DNA of 64,000 nucleotides from positions 5,152,001 to 5,216,000 of the forward strand of contig OZ241917.1 in NCBI GenBank assembly GCA_965203805.1. Direction: 5' to 3'. The position numbers and the translations under genes are program-made. The stretch is from Candidatus Latescibacterota bacterium (GTDB lineage Bacteria; Latescibacterota; UBA2968; GCA-2709665). This document shows positions 50,477-60,030 of this stretch, piece by piece. Positions within the stretch are counted from its first letter, which is position 1, and each line of letters begins with the position of its first letter. The notes beneath the pieces are model-generated. The model was not told where the DNA came from and did not search any database. It worked only from the letters and a program-made list of their open reading frames with translations.

Positions 50477-52111
50477 ATGCGGTCCATATCAGAGTTTCTG
50501 AGCGGCAAGACGCTGTTTGTGACGGGCGCAACGGGGTTTCTGGCGAAGGGATTCGTGGAGAAGATCCTGTTTTCGTCCCCTGAAGTGGCGCGGATCTATC
50601 TCCTGATCCGCCCCCGGTTGCGTTCCAACGGAAGACTGGTTTCTGAAACGGAACGGCTGGAGACCGAAGTTCTTCAGTCTCGCGCGTTCGGGAGGCTTCG
50701 AGAGAAGTGGGGCGCGGCGTTTCCGTCGGTGATGGCCGAGAAGATCCAGCCGGTTGCCGGCGATCTGACCGAAGACGGACTGGGGATTGCCTCCGGCCAG
50801 CACGAGCGTCTTGTTGACGAAGTCGATTTCGTCGTCAACTTTGCGGGTACCGTGGTCTTCGACGAGCCCATCGACAGCGCGCTCGAGCAGAACACGATGG
50901 GCGCCGCGCGGGTCGTGGCTTTCGCGAAGGCCTGCCGGCAAGCCGCGCTCGTACACGTGTCGACGGCGTACGTGAGCGGACAGCGGACCGGGCGGATTCA
51001 GGAAACCCCTTTTCCCCAGGACCGGAGCGTAACGGACCTCATCAACGGAAGCGCGGCCGGATTCGACCTTCAGGGCGAGATTGACGCCATTCGGTCCTTT
51101 GCGAAGAAGGTGAGGGAGGCGTCCAATGAGCCCGAATTGGAGGCGGCATTCCTGAAGCAGCTCCGGCGCAAGGACCGCGGCAAACGCGTGACCGACTACC
51201 GGAAGGCGCACCAGGTCGAGGCCCTCCGCCAGCGCTGGATCCGGAAGCAACTGGTGGATGAAGGGATGCGGCGGGCCAGGCGCTTCGGATGGAACGACAG
51301 CTATACGCTCACGAAGGCGATGGGTGAGCAGTTGATCGTAAAGTCGCACGGCGATCTGCCAATGGCCATCGTCCGGCCGGCGATCGTGGAAAGCAGCCTC
51401 GAGGACCCGGAGCCGGGATGGGTCGAAGACCTGAAAGTCGCCGATCCGCTGATCGTCCACTACGGCAAGGGCCGGCTGTCGAATTTTCCGATCGATCCCG
51501 GAATCGTCCTGGACATTGTACCCGTGGATGTGCTGAACAACGCCGTCGCGGCGGTACTCCCGCAGGTACACGGGTCGCATGAGATGAAGGTCTACCACGT
51601 GGCGTCGGGCTCGCAGAATCCGGTGCGTGCGAGTGAAGTGGTGGAACACGTTTACGGGTACTTCAAGACCTCGCCCTTACGCGACCGGAAAGGGCAGCCC
51701 ATCGAAGTCCGGCCCTGGCAGTTCATCGGCAGACGGCGGTTCTCATGGATTGTCCTTCTGAAATACAAGCTTCCGCTGCGCTTCCTGAAGGCGGCCGTAG
51801 ACTATTTGCCAACCCGGTGGGTTTCCCGTTACAGGCGCCGGGTGATGGCTTTGGAAGCCATACTGGTCAGGCTCGAGTCCCTGCTCGACATTTATTGCGG
51901 GTACACCCATCTGGACTGTGAATTCGAGACGGAGAATACGCGCCGGTTGTTCCAGGGGCTGAATCCTGAGGACCAGAGGGTGTTCAATTTCGACGTGACG
52001 CGCATCAACTGGCGGGAATACTTCCAGGAGATCCACATTCCGGGATTGAAACACCACGTGTTGAAAGAAGGGGACGGGGCGGTTTCCACGCTGACCGCCG
52101 GGGCCGATTGA
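50477..52111 (+). CDS. Fatty acyl-CoA reductase (alcohol-forming FAR; NAD_binding_4 plus Sterile domain)
   Basis: FVTGATGFLAK, HVSTAYV, YTLTKAMGEQL, IVRPAIVES, EPGWVE, DIVPVD, C-terminal FNFDVTRINWREYF..IHIPGL typical of plant/animal-type FARs. Confidence 0.88.
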   Translation: MRSISEFLSGKTLFVTGATGFLAKGFVEKILFSSPEVARIYLLIRPRLRSNGRLVSETERLETEVLQSRAFGRLREKWGAAFPSVMAEKIQPVAGDLTEDGLGIASGQHERLVDEVDFVVNFAGTVVFDEPIDSALEQNTMGAARVVAFAKACRQAALVHVSTAYVSGQRTGRIQETPFPQDRSVTDLINGSAAGFDLQGEIDAIRSFAKKVREASNEPELEAAFLKQLRRKDRGKRVTDYRKAHQVEALRQRWIRKQLVDEGMRRARRFGWNDSYTLTKAMGEQLIVKSHGDLPMAIVRPAIVESSLEDPEPGWVEDLKVADPLIVHYGKGRLSNFPIDPGIVLDIVPVDVLNNAVAAVLPQVHGSHEMKVYHVASGSQNPVRASEVVEHVYGYFKTSPLRDRKGQPIEVRPWQFIGRRRFSWIVLLKYKLPLRFLKAAVDYLPTRWVSRYRRRVMALEAILVRLESLLDIYCGYTHLDCEFETENTRRLFQGLNPEDQRVFNFDVTRINWREYFQEIHIPGLKHHVLKEGDGAVSTLTAGAD

Positions 52112-52132
52112 CCGGCTTGCGGGTTTTTACGA

Positions 52133-54073
52133 ATGAATCGAAACATTAAAGCGCCCGTGCACAGAATGTTGTTGCAGGATCCTGCCCGTCTGGTGGCCGC
52201 TTACGATCAGGCGGCCTCGGAACTGATCGTCGCCGTTCAGCCCGAAGGCTATTTCAAGGGGTGGACGGCCGAGGATCTGGCGTGGCCGGCCGGCGGCGCC
52301 GACGACGTCGGCCTCGAGGGTCTGCGCAAACGGGCGCGGATTGTGGACGCGATCTGCCGGGGTGTACCCGGTCTGCGGGACAACCGGCTGAAGGAGGCGC
52401 ACGACCATTTCGTCGAACTGACGCCGGCTTACCACGAAGGGAACCGGATCTACCTTCGGCTTCGGGATGAATTCATTGAAGCGGGCGCCGGAACAGGCCC
52501 GGACTTTCTGAAACTGTATCAGTCCCTCTACGTGGAGGCGCTCGCAAAAGGAGATGATTTCTCGCCCGACCCGGCAGAAACCGCACTGGCGCGAGCCCGG
52601 ATCTCCCGGGTACCGCTGTCGCACGCCAGGGCGGTTGCGGAAGCGCTGCCCAGCGTGACCACGGACGACGATCCGCGCTGGAGTGTGGAATACGCCTGCA
52701 CGGTGAGTGGCGAGACCTGGAGCGGAACCCTCCGGGAACTCCTGGAAGACGTGGCGCAGCGGACCCTGCACTACATCGCGGCCGGAGAGCTTCTCGCCAC
52801 GCGCTACAACACCTACAATAACCTGGGCTGGTTCGGCAGTTCGGTGTGGAAGGTAGTCGCGGAAGCCGATGTGCGCCTGTATCGGATGGAGGGATCGGAT
52901 CCCGCGCGCTCGGAGATGCTGAAGGCCGACGTAGACCTGGCACGCGGCATGCTCGTGGAGTTCCTGGCGGCGCACCGGGAGGATCCCGCCCGGCTCAGGC
53001 CGGAGAACTACTGGTACGGGCAGCCGTACAGCTATCTGACGCGGGACATGATCGACCTGAGCGTCCGGATCGCGGACGGCTTGAATTCGGCGGCAAGGGA
53101 ACTGGACGGGGTGACCGAAATGGCACTCCCGCCCCTGCTGGCGGGCGCCCGCACGGGCCGGTTTCTGGACTACGCCCACGTGGGCGTGACCGAGGAACAG
53201 ACGTCATTCCAGAGGAAAATCAGGATGTTGCGCTGGGCGAGACGGTGCTGGCGGGTGGGGAAACGCAGGCGCCGGATCGCGGAGGAGGACCTCACGCCGT
53301 CCCAGAGGCACGAACGCGCGTGGGAGGTCTGGCTGGATTGGTCCCGGGACACAATGAAAGCATTCGGCATCCGGCTGGACGTCACAATCGCCCCGATGTT
53401 CCGGACACTCGTCCGGGAAATGGACCTTGCGGCCGGCGGCCGGCGGATCCTGTTCCTGCCCTCGCACCAGAGCATGCTCGAGCATTTCGTGGTGTTTTCC
53501 GTATTCAACGATCCGGTCTTTCTGGATGCGATGGGTTGGGATCGGTCCCGGCCTGTCGTACAACTCGCCCGAACGGGCCTGGCGAAGTCAACGTCGGTGA
53601 AGATCGGGTCCCGAGAAATCAGTATCTTCGGGATGTCTCCGGACAGGTTCGACCGGATGTTCGAGACCGTCGACGGTTTCATCACCCGGGACAGCGTGGA
53701 CATCTCTTCGCATACGATTCCGCGAATCCTGCAGGAGATGGAGCGGCGTCCGGGTGTGATTTATCCGATGGGCACGACGGCTTCCTTCGACGTGCAGTTG
53801 TTCCCGCTGCAACACGCGCTTTTCGCGAAACTGCCCCAGGACGTCGTGATGGTCCCGATCGTGTTTCGGGGCAGCCATGCGCTATGGCCCAAGTGTCCGG
53901 CGCGCAATCTGAATATCAATCCCGGCGTGATCGAGGCGGTGATCCTGCCCCCGATGCCGGGTGAGACCACGCTGCTGCCGCGCCGCCGGTCCCTGCGCAT
54001 CCAGCTGGAGGCCGCCAATCTGCTTCAGGCGGTGCATATTTCGAATCTGCTGAATCCGGAACCCTCGCGATGA
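52133..54073 (+). CDS. Unknown N-terminal domain plus PlsC/LPLAT-like acyltransferase domain (candidate DHAP acyltransferase)
   Basis: LFLPSHQSMLE (HxxxxD variant), IYPMGT (FPEGT variant), MVPIVFRGSHALWPK; sits between FAR and AGPS. Confidence 0.6.
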   Translation: MNRNIKAPVHRMLLQDPARLVAAYDQAASELIVAVQPEGYFKGWTAEDLAWPAGGADDVGLEGLRKRARIVDAICRGVPGLRDNRLKEAHDHFVELTPAYHEGNRIYLRLRDEFIEAGAGTGPDFLKLYQSLYVEALAKGDDFSPDPAETALARARISRVPLSHARAVAEALPSVTTDDDPRWSVEYACTVSGETWSGTLRELLEDVAQRTLHYIAAGELLATRYNTYNNLGWFGSSVWKVVAEADVRLYRMEGSDPARSEMLKADVDLARGMLVEFLAAHREDPARLRPENYWYGQPYSYLTRDMIDLSVRIADGLNSAARELDGVTEMALPPLLAGARTGRFLDYAHVGVTEEQTSFQRKIRMLRWARRCWRVGKRRRRIAEEDLTPSQRHERAWEVWLDWSRDTMKAFGIRLDVTIAPMFRTLVREMDLAAGGRRILFLPSHQSMLEHFVVFSVFNDPVFLDAMGWDRSRPVVQLARTGLAKSTSVKIGSREISIFGMSPDRFDRMFETVDGFITRDSVDISSHTIPRILQEMERRPGVIYPMGTTASFDVQLFPLQHALFAKLPQDVVMVPIVFRGSHALWPKCPARNLNINPGVIEAVILPPMPGETTLLPRRRSLRIQLEAANLLQAVHISNLLNPEPSR

Positions 54074-54113
54074 GAAACCGGATCCGGCCGATTGTTGTCA
54101 TCGGGAGTACGTA

Positions 54114-55961
54114 ATGCCTGAGTGGGGAATCGCAGCGGTTGTCGCCGCGACAATTCTGCTGATCGCGCTTCTGCCCAGACGGAGGGGCGCCGGAAGCGAA
54201 CCGGACGAATTCTTCGATCATTCCGAAGCGGAACGGTTTCCCCACAAGTGGGGATACACGGACACGCGGTTCGAGTTTGTGGACGATCGCACGCTGAAGG
54301 TGACCGGCAACAGGTACCCCATCTCGGGATACCGCATGCCGTTTCTGATCGACTTTGTGGAGGACGTGCTGGGCATTGCGATCCGGAAGGAAGACGCGTT
54401 TGCCGAGCGCGACGAAATTGAAGCGACGGAACCGAACGTGGACGCGGCGTTCGGGAACGCGGTGAAGGAGCGGTTCGGAGACGGGCAGGTTTCCTTGGAT
54501 CCGCAAGCCAGGCTGGTGCACAGCCACGGACAGCTGAGCGTGGAGGAAGTGTATCGCGTGATGTATGGCGATTCGCTACCCAGGCTGGTCGACCTGGTGT
54601 TCTATCCCGAAGAGGAGGCCGACGTCAAGGCCATGATCGACCTCGCCAACGAGCATAACGTGTGCCTGGTGCCCTATGGCGGCGGGACGAACGTGAGCGG
54701 TGCGCTGGCGTGTCCGGCCGACGAGCGGCGCACGATCGTTTCGGTGGATATGCGCCGGATGGACCGGGTGATGTGGATTGACGAGGCCAATCTTCAGGCC
54801 GGCGTCGAGGCGGGGATTTCGGGCAAGGCGATGGAGAGAGCGCTTGGAGAGCGGGGGTACACCTCGGGACACGATCCCGATAGCGTGGAATTGTCCACCA
54901 TGGGCGGCTGGATCTCGACCAATGCGAGCGGGATGAAGAAGAACCGGTACGGCAATATCGAAGACATCGTGCTCGAAGCGACGCTGGTGACGCCTACCGG
55001 CGAAATCGCAACCCGCCAGGTCACGCCCAGAAACTCCACGGGCGTCCAGCCGCGGGGTCTGCTGTTCGGAAGCGAAGGCAATTTCGGTATTATCACCACG
55101 GCGGTGATCAAGATTCATCCGATCCCCGAGGCGCGCAAGTACGGGGCGCTCGTCTTCCCTGCTTTCGAGAAGGGCGTTTCTTATCTGAAGGCGCTCCGGC
55201 AGACCGGCATGCTGCCCGCGAGCATCCGCCTGGTCAACAACAACGAATTCCGGTTCGGACAGGCCCTGAAAGGGGAACCGACGTTCCTGAAAGGCGTCAA
55301 GGAAAAGGTTCAGAAATTCGTCCTGTTGAAGGTGATGGGTTTCGATCCGATGAAGATGGGCGCGTGTACCATCGTGATGGAGGGCACGCATGACGAAGTG
55401 CGCCAGCAGGAACGCACGATCTTCAGCCTGGCGAAGAAATACGGCGCCAAGAGCGCGGGCGCCAGCAACGGCAAGCGAGGCTATTCGCTGACGTTCGGCA
55501 TCGCCTACATTCGTGATTTCCTGAATCAATACGGCATCCTGGGCGAAACCTTCGAGACGTCTGTTCCCTGGGACCGGATCCACCAGGTTTGCGATGCGGT
55601 ATCGAAGGAACTGGTGACGCAGGCCACGATGCACAACGTGCCGGGGAAACCCTATCTCTCGTACCGGGTGACCCAGACCTACCATACGGGCGTCTGTATC
55701 TATTTCACCATGGGCATTTACGGCAAGGGCCTGGAAGCGCCGGGCCGGACGTTTCACGTGATCGAACACCGGCTTCGGCAGGTGATCCTGGACAACGGAG
55801 GGTCTTTGTCGCACCACCACGGCGTTGGAAAGGTAAGAAAGGACTTCCTGCCGCAGATTCAGAGCGATAACAGTATCCAGGTCATGCGTCAGGCCAAGAA
55901 CGCGATGGATCCGAACAACATCTTCGGGATCAGAAATGGTGTTTTCGGGGAGATTGAGTGA
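54114..55961 (+). CDS. agps: Alkyl-dihydroxyacetonephosphate synthase (AGPS/ADAS), FAD-linked, with N-terminal membrane anchor
   Basis: WGYTDT, PYGGGTNV, GHDPDS.E.STMGGWISTNASGMKKNRYGNIED, ASIRL, RVTQTY, GGSLSHHHGVGK. Confidence 0.88.
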   Translation: MPEWGIAAVVAATILLIALLPRRRGAGSEPDEFFDHSEAERFPHKWGYTDTRFEFVDDRTLKVTGNRYPISGYRMPFLIDFVEDVLGIAIRKEDAFAERDEIEATEPNVDAAFGNAVKERFGDGQVSLDPQARLVHSHGQLSVEEVYRVMYGDSLPRLVDLVFYPEEEADVKAMIDLANEHNVCLVPYGGGTNVSGALACPADERRTIVSVDMRRMDRVMWIDEANLQAGVEAGISGKAMERALGERGYTSGHDPDSVELSTMGGWISTNASGMKKNRYGNIEDIVLEATLVTPTGEIATRQVTPRNSTGVQPRGLLFGSEGNFGIITTAVIKIHPIPEARKYGALVFPAFEKGVSYLKALRQTGMLPASIRLVNNNEFRFGQALKGEPTFLKGVKEKVQKFVLLKVMGFDPMKMGACTIVMEGTHDEVRQQERTIFSLAKKYGAKSAGASNGKRGYSLTFGIAYIRDFLNQYGILGETFETSVPWDRIHQVCDAVSKELVTQATMHNVPGKPYLSYRVTQTYHTGVCIYFTMGIYGKGLEAPGRTFHVIEHRLRQVILDNGGSLSHHHGVGKVRKDFLPQIQSDNSIQVMRQAKNAMDPNNIFGIRNGVFGEIE

Positions 55962-55980
55962 CGGCTGATGGGCCTCTCGA

Positions 55981-56010
55981 GGTGGGGGCGCCCGGCCGGT
56001 CGCCCCGACA
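55981..56010. repeat. REP-like hairpin between AGPS and the SDR
   Basis: GGGGCGCCCGGCCGGTCGCCCC imperfect palindrome; similar hairpins near 26527, 27126 and 29856. Confidence 0.45.
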
Positions 56011-56036
56011 ATGCCGAATCGCAGGGAAGGCAAATC

Positions 56037-56843
56037 ATGTTCAACGGTAAAGTGGTCGCGATAACCGGGGCGTCGTCGGGTCTGGGCGCAACGCTGGCTC
56101 TGGCGTTCGCGGAGGAAGGGGCGGACCTGGCCCTTTTCGCCCTGGACGACGGCGTCCACGAAACGGCGGCTGACTGCAGGGAGCGCGGCAGCCGCGTGAC
56201 CACGGAAACGGGTGACGTCGGAAATCCGGCGGACTGCGAGGCCTGGATCGACGCCGCGGTATCCGGACTGGGAGGCGTGGACTACCTGGTTGCCTGCGCG
56301 GGAATCAGCATGTGGGCGCGGTTCGACGAGGTGGAGGACCTGACGATTTTTCGCAGGTTGATGGAAACGAACTATCTGGGCATCGTGCATTGCGTATACT
56401 ACGCATTGCCCCACTTAAAGGCGCGCGACGGGATGGTGGTGGCGATTTCCTCCATCCAGGGCAAGATCGGCGTGCCCCTGCATACGGGTTACGTGGCGTC
56501 CAAGCACGCCGTTCAGGGCTTCTTCGAGTCGCTGCGGACGGAACTTCTGGACACGGGCGTGGACGTGCTGACGGTACTGCCCCACTGGCTGCGCGGGACC
56601 AATCTGCGCAAGGCGGCTTTCGGAAAGGATGGCGGGGCTCTCGGCGGGTCGAGCCGCAAGCACAGCAGGGAGTCGATATCCCTGGACGACGCAAGCACGG
56701 CCATCATCGAAGCGATGAAGAAGAGGAAGCGGGAACTGATCATCCCGTTCAAGCTGAGATTTCTGCCCTGGCTGCACCTGATCAATCCGAAGATCGTCGA
56801 ATATCTGGTCACGCGCGGGGTGGCGAAACAGGAAAAAGGGTAG
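56037..56843 (+). CDS. SDR oxidoreductase, DHRS7B-like (candidate acyl/alkyl-DHAP reductase)
   Basis: ITGASSGLG, METNYLG, VAISSIQGK, YVASKHAVQGFFESLRTEL; start MFNGKVV 56037. Confidence 0.75.
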   Translation: MFNGKVVAITGASSGLGATLALAFAEEGADLALFALDDGVHETAADCRERGSRVTTETGDVGNPADCEAWIDAAVSGLGGVDYLVACAGISMWARFDEVEDLTIFRRLMETNYLGIVHCVYYALPHLKARDGMVVAISSIQGKIGVPLHTGYVASKHAVQGFFESLRTELLDTGVDVLTVLPHWLRGTNLRKAAFGKDGGALGGSSRKHSRESISLDDASTAIIEAMKKRKRELIIPFKLRFLPWLHLINPKIVEYLVTRGVAKQEKG

Positions 56844-56882
56844 CGGCTCGTCGGTTCGGCGGGTTGCGGCGCGAGGCCGGAT

Positions 56883-57572
56883 TCAGGAAAAGACCCCGTC
56901 CACATCCAGGTGTTCTTCAATCAGTTCGGGCATGCGTCCGAGATGCCCGGCATCCACGTCCACGCCCGGATCGAATGGCACGATGCCCAGTGACGCGGCC
57001 CCGGTCAGGCGCGTGACCACCTCCGGACTGCTGCGGGCGGCCCTCGGGTCGCCGGGTCCGGTCGTATTGTAGACGACGCCCCGAATTTCCAGGTTGCGCG
57101 TCTTCGCGGCCTCGAGCGTGAGCATCGTGTGGTTGATGGCGCCCAGCGCGGCACGCGCGACCAACAGCAGTGGCAGGTCAAGACGGTCGGCGAGGTCCGC
57201 GACCAGGAAGTCATCACGGATCGGAACCAGCAGGCCGCCCACACCCTCGACCAGTACGGTTTCATGCAGGCGGATCAGGCGGTTAAACGCATCCACGATG
57301 GGTTCCAGCGGAACCCGGCGGCCCTCCAGTTCGGCGGCCACGTTCGGCGACAACGGCGCGGCGAGCCGGACGGGATTGACGAGTTCGAGCCCATCTGAGA
57401 CGCCCGCCGCCTTCACCAGGAATCGCGCATCCGCCGCGCCGCCCGACGACACGGGCTTGAACACACCCACGTCCACGCCGCGTCCCCGAAGAACGGCGGC
57501 AATTCCGGCGGTCACGGCGGTTTTGCCCGCGCCGGTGTCCGTGGCGGTAACGAAGACTCCCCTGGATTGCAT
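56883..57572 (-). CDS. bioD: Dethiobiotin synthase
   Basis: FVTATDTGAGKT, FKPVSSG, VEGVGGLLVP, LGAINHTML; start MQSRG 57572. Confidence 0.93.
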   Translation of the reverse strand: MQSRGVFVTATDTGAGKTAVTAGIAAVLRGRGVDVGVFKPVSSGGAADARFLVKAAGVSDGLELVNPVRLAAPLSPNVAAELEGRRVPLEPIVDAFNRLIRLHETVLVEGVGGLLVPIRDDFLVADLADRLDLPLLLVARAALGAINHTMLTLEAAKTRNLEIRGVVYNTTGPGDPRAARSSPEVVTRLTGAASLGIVPFDPGVDVDAGHLGRMPELIEEHLDVDGVFS

Positions 57573-57592
57573 GGTCGTATTGCCCCCGGAAG

Positions 57593-58963
57593 TCAGGCCG
57601 CGTTCGTCACGGCGCGGATGGACTCGCAGGCGATATCCAGCAGCTCTTCGAGATCGCGGTCGGAAATGGCCAGGGGCGGCATGAGGACAATCGTGTCTCC
57701 CAGCGGGCGGATGAGCAGACCCCGTTTCCGGGCCTCGCCGCAGACGCGGTTGCCGACTCTCTCCGACGTCGGATACGGCCGTCCGCCAGCGCTGTCGGCA
57801 ACCAGTTCGATGCCGGCGATGAAACCGCACCGGCGAACGTCCCCCACATGCGGGAGGGTCCTGAAGCGCTTGAGTCCGCGAGCGAGACGCTCGATCCTGG
57901 GTTGCAGCGACGCCAGTACGTTGCGGCTCTCGAATCGTTCGATGGCTGCCAGCGCCGCGGCGCAGCCGAGCGGATTGCCTGTATACGTGTGGCCGTGGAA
58001 GAACGTCTTGCCTTCGCTGTCTTCGCCCAGAAACGCATCGAAGATCCCGCCGGTGGTCAGCGTGGCGGCCACAGGCAGGTATCCGCCCGTGAGTCCCTTG
58101 CCCAGGCAGAGAATGTCGGGCGCGACCCCTTCTTTCTCGCAGGCGAACATGGCGCCGGTGCGACCGAAGCCGGTGGCGATCTCGTCGGCGATGAGCAGCA
58201 CGTCGTGCGCCCTGCAGAGGTCGGCGACTCCCTTCAGATAGCCCTCGGGATGGACCAGCATCCCACCGGCGCCCTGGATCAGCGGCTCAATGATGAAGGC
58301 GGCGATGCGGTGGGCGTTTTGTTTCAGGATTTCTTCGACCGCCCTCAAACAGCCCTGGTTGCACGCGCTTGCGCGGGCGCAGAACGCGCAGCGATACGGA
58401 TGGGGCGACGGCGCATTCAGCGACGGAAAGAGGAGCGGGCCGTACGCCTTGTGGAAAGTGTCGATATTCCCAACGCTCATGGCGCCGACGGTGTCGCCGT
58501 GATAGCTCCGCTCGAGGCTCAGAAAGCTGGTCTTGCCGGGTCGCGGGTCCGGTCTCTGCCGCCAGTACTGGAAGGCGATCTTGAGCGCGATCTCAACGGC
58601 GCAGGCGCCCGTGTCCGAATAGAACACGTGGTCCAGACCATCCGGTGTGATCGCCACCAGTTTTTCGGCCAGCCGGATCGCGGGTACGTTGGAAAGGCCC
58701 AGCAGCGTGCTGTGCGCTACCTGGTCCAGTTGTTCGCGGATGGCGGTGTCGATTTCCCCGGCGCGGTGGCCGTGTACGTTGCACCACATCGAGGAGTATC
58801 CGTCCAGATACCGGTTACCGTCGATGTCCTCCAGATAGACGCCGTCCGCACGAGCGATGACGATGGGGTCTTCGCTCGCATACGTGCGCATCTGGGTGAA
58901 CGGGTGCCACACGAGGCGCCGGTCGAGGTCTTTCAGGCGGGCCTTGTCGTCCGGGGACATCAT
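57593..58963 (-). CDS. bioA: Adenosylmethionine-8-amino-7-oxononanoate aminotransferase
   Basis: [49 protein letters not shown]; adjacent to bioD. Confidence 0.93.
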   Translation of the reverse strand: MMSPDDKARLKDLDRRLVWHPFTQMRTYASEDPIVIARADGVYLEDIDGNRYLDGYSSMWCNVHGHRAGEIDTAIREQLDQVAHSTLLGLSNVPAIRLAEKLVAITPDGLDHVFYSDTGACAVEIALKIAFQYWRQRPDPRPGKTSFLSLERSYHGDTVGAMSVGNIDTFHKAYGPLLFPSLNAPSPHPYRCAFCARASACNQGCLRAVEEILKQNAHRIAAFIIEPLIQGAGGMLVHPEGYLKGVADLCRAHDVLLIADEIATGFGRTGAMFACEKEGVAPDILCLGKGLTGGYLPVAATLTTGGIFDAFLGEDSEGKTFFHGHTYTGNPLGCAAALAAIERFESRNVLASLQPRIERLARGLKRFRTLPHVGDVRRCGFIAGIELVADSAGGRPYPTSERVGNRVCGEARKRGLLIRPLGDTIVLMPPLAISDRDLEELLDIACESIRAVTNAA

Positions 58964-59003
58964 CGTATGGATGGGGATTCGGTACGGGCGGCGAATGGTC
59001 TGG

Positions 59004-59939
59004 TTACCGCCTGCTTGCGCCGATGCTCTCAAGGATGTCAATGGGCATTTTGCAGACCATGGTGTACGCGGGGTCGTAGACGTTGCCCACGTCGTACTCC
59101 ACGGCCTGGCCCATGAGGATGTGTATGGACCGGGTATCCAGGCCGTAGTCTTCCTGGAGGAACCGGATCAATTCGGTGGTGGCGTGTTGGGTTGCCTGGT
59201 CCAGCGGGCGGGCGTTGCCCACGGCCATCACGTGGGTTTCGTTGATCGCCCTGGGCCAGTGGATGGTTTTGCCCTTCAGCAGGCGCAGCGTAAAGGTGAC
59301 GTCGAAGGAGATTTCGATGCCCGTGCCCGCGATTTCGCCGTCGCCCTGAACCGCGTGGCCGTCGCCGATGTGGAACAGCCCGCCCTCGACGAAGACGGGG
59401 AAGTACACGGTGACGCCCTGGACGAATTCCCGGTAGTCCATGTTGCCGCCGTGGGTATCGGATGTGGCGGTGGAGATGGCTTGGCCGCGGGGCGGCGCCA
59501 CGCCGAAGCAGCCCACCATCGGCTTCAGAGGGATCCGGAGCCTGCCGATGGGGAGGTCATCGAAGCCGATGGGCGTGGCCGTGTTGTTGTCGAAGTCGAT
59601 TTCCCAATCCAGGAGGCGGCCGCGGTCGTCGTCGAATTCGGGCGTGTACCCGAAATCCAGCACGTTGGCGGCGACAATGCCCGACGTGTATCCGACGTTG
59701 CGGTTGGGCGCCAGTTTGTCGAAGGTTACGGCCAGCGTATCGCCCGGTTCCGCGCCCTCGAGGTAGAAGGGTCCGGTCTGGGGATTGCCCGCCGGCGTGA
59801 TCGGTTGGCCCGAGGCGTCGCTTCCGCCGGCGTCGACGGTGGTGGTTGAGATGGTGTCGCCGCTGGCGACGTGCAGCACCGGGTCGTGCGCGCCCATGGC
59901 AGTGTGATAGGTTTCAGGGACGAATTGGTGGTGGGCCAT
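59004..59939 (-). CDS. Acetamidase/formamidase family protein
   Basis: NPQTGPFY.EGAEPGDTL, HGGNMD, GDGHAVQGDGE; start MAHHQF after AAGAGGAG. Confidence 0.88.
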   Translation of the reverse strand: MAHHQFVPETYHTAMGAHDPVLHVASGDTISTTTVDAGGSDASGQPITPAGNPQTGPFYLEGAEPGDTLAVTFDKLAPNRNVGYTSGIVAANVLDFGYTPEFDDDRGRLLDWEIDFDNNTATPIGFDDLPIGRLRIPLKPMVGCFGVAPPRGQAISTATSDTHGGNMDYREFVQGVTVYFPVFVEGGLFHIGDGHAVQGDGEIAGTGIEISFDVTFTLRLLKGKTIHWPRAINETHVMAVGNARPLDQATQHATTELIRFLQEDYGLDTRSIHILMGQAVEYDVGNVYDPAYTMVCKMPIDILESIGASRR

Positions 59940-60030
59940 GGATACTCCTCTTAAGAAAGTACGGGTGCGAGAGCGGGGCGATCGACGGTTCCCGGGGCCC
60001 GCTGGAGGGCGCCCGGTTTCGGTGGTCTCG

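Noticed and set aside
50477-56843. Wax-ester or alkane biosynthesis as the role of the FAR operon
   Set aside because: No WS/DGAT HHxxxDG motif or aldehyde decarbonylase; the adjacent AGPS consumes fatty alcohols, which favours ether lipids
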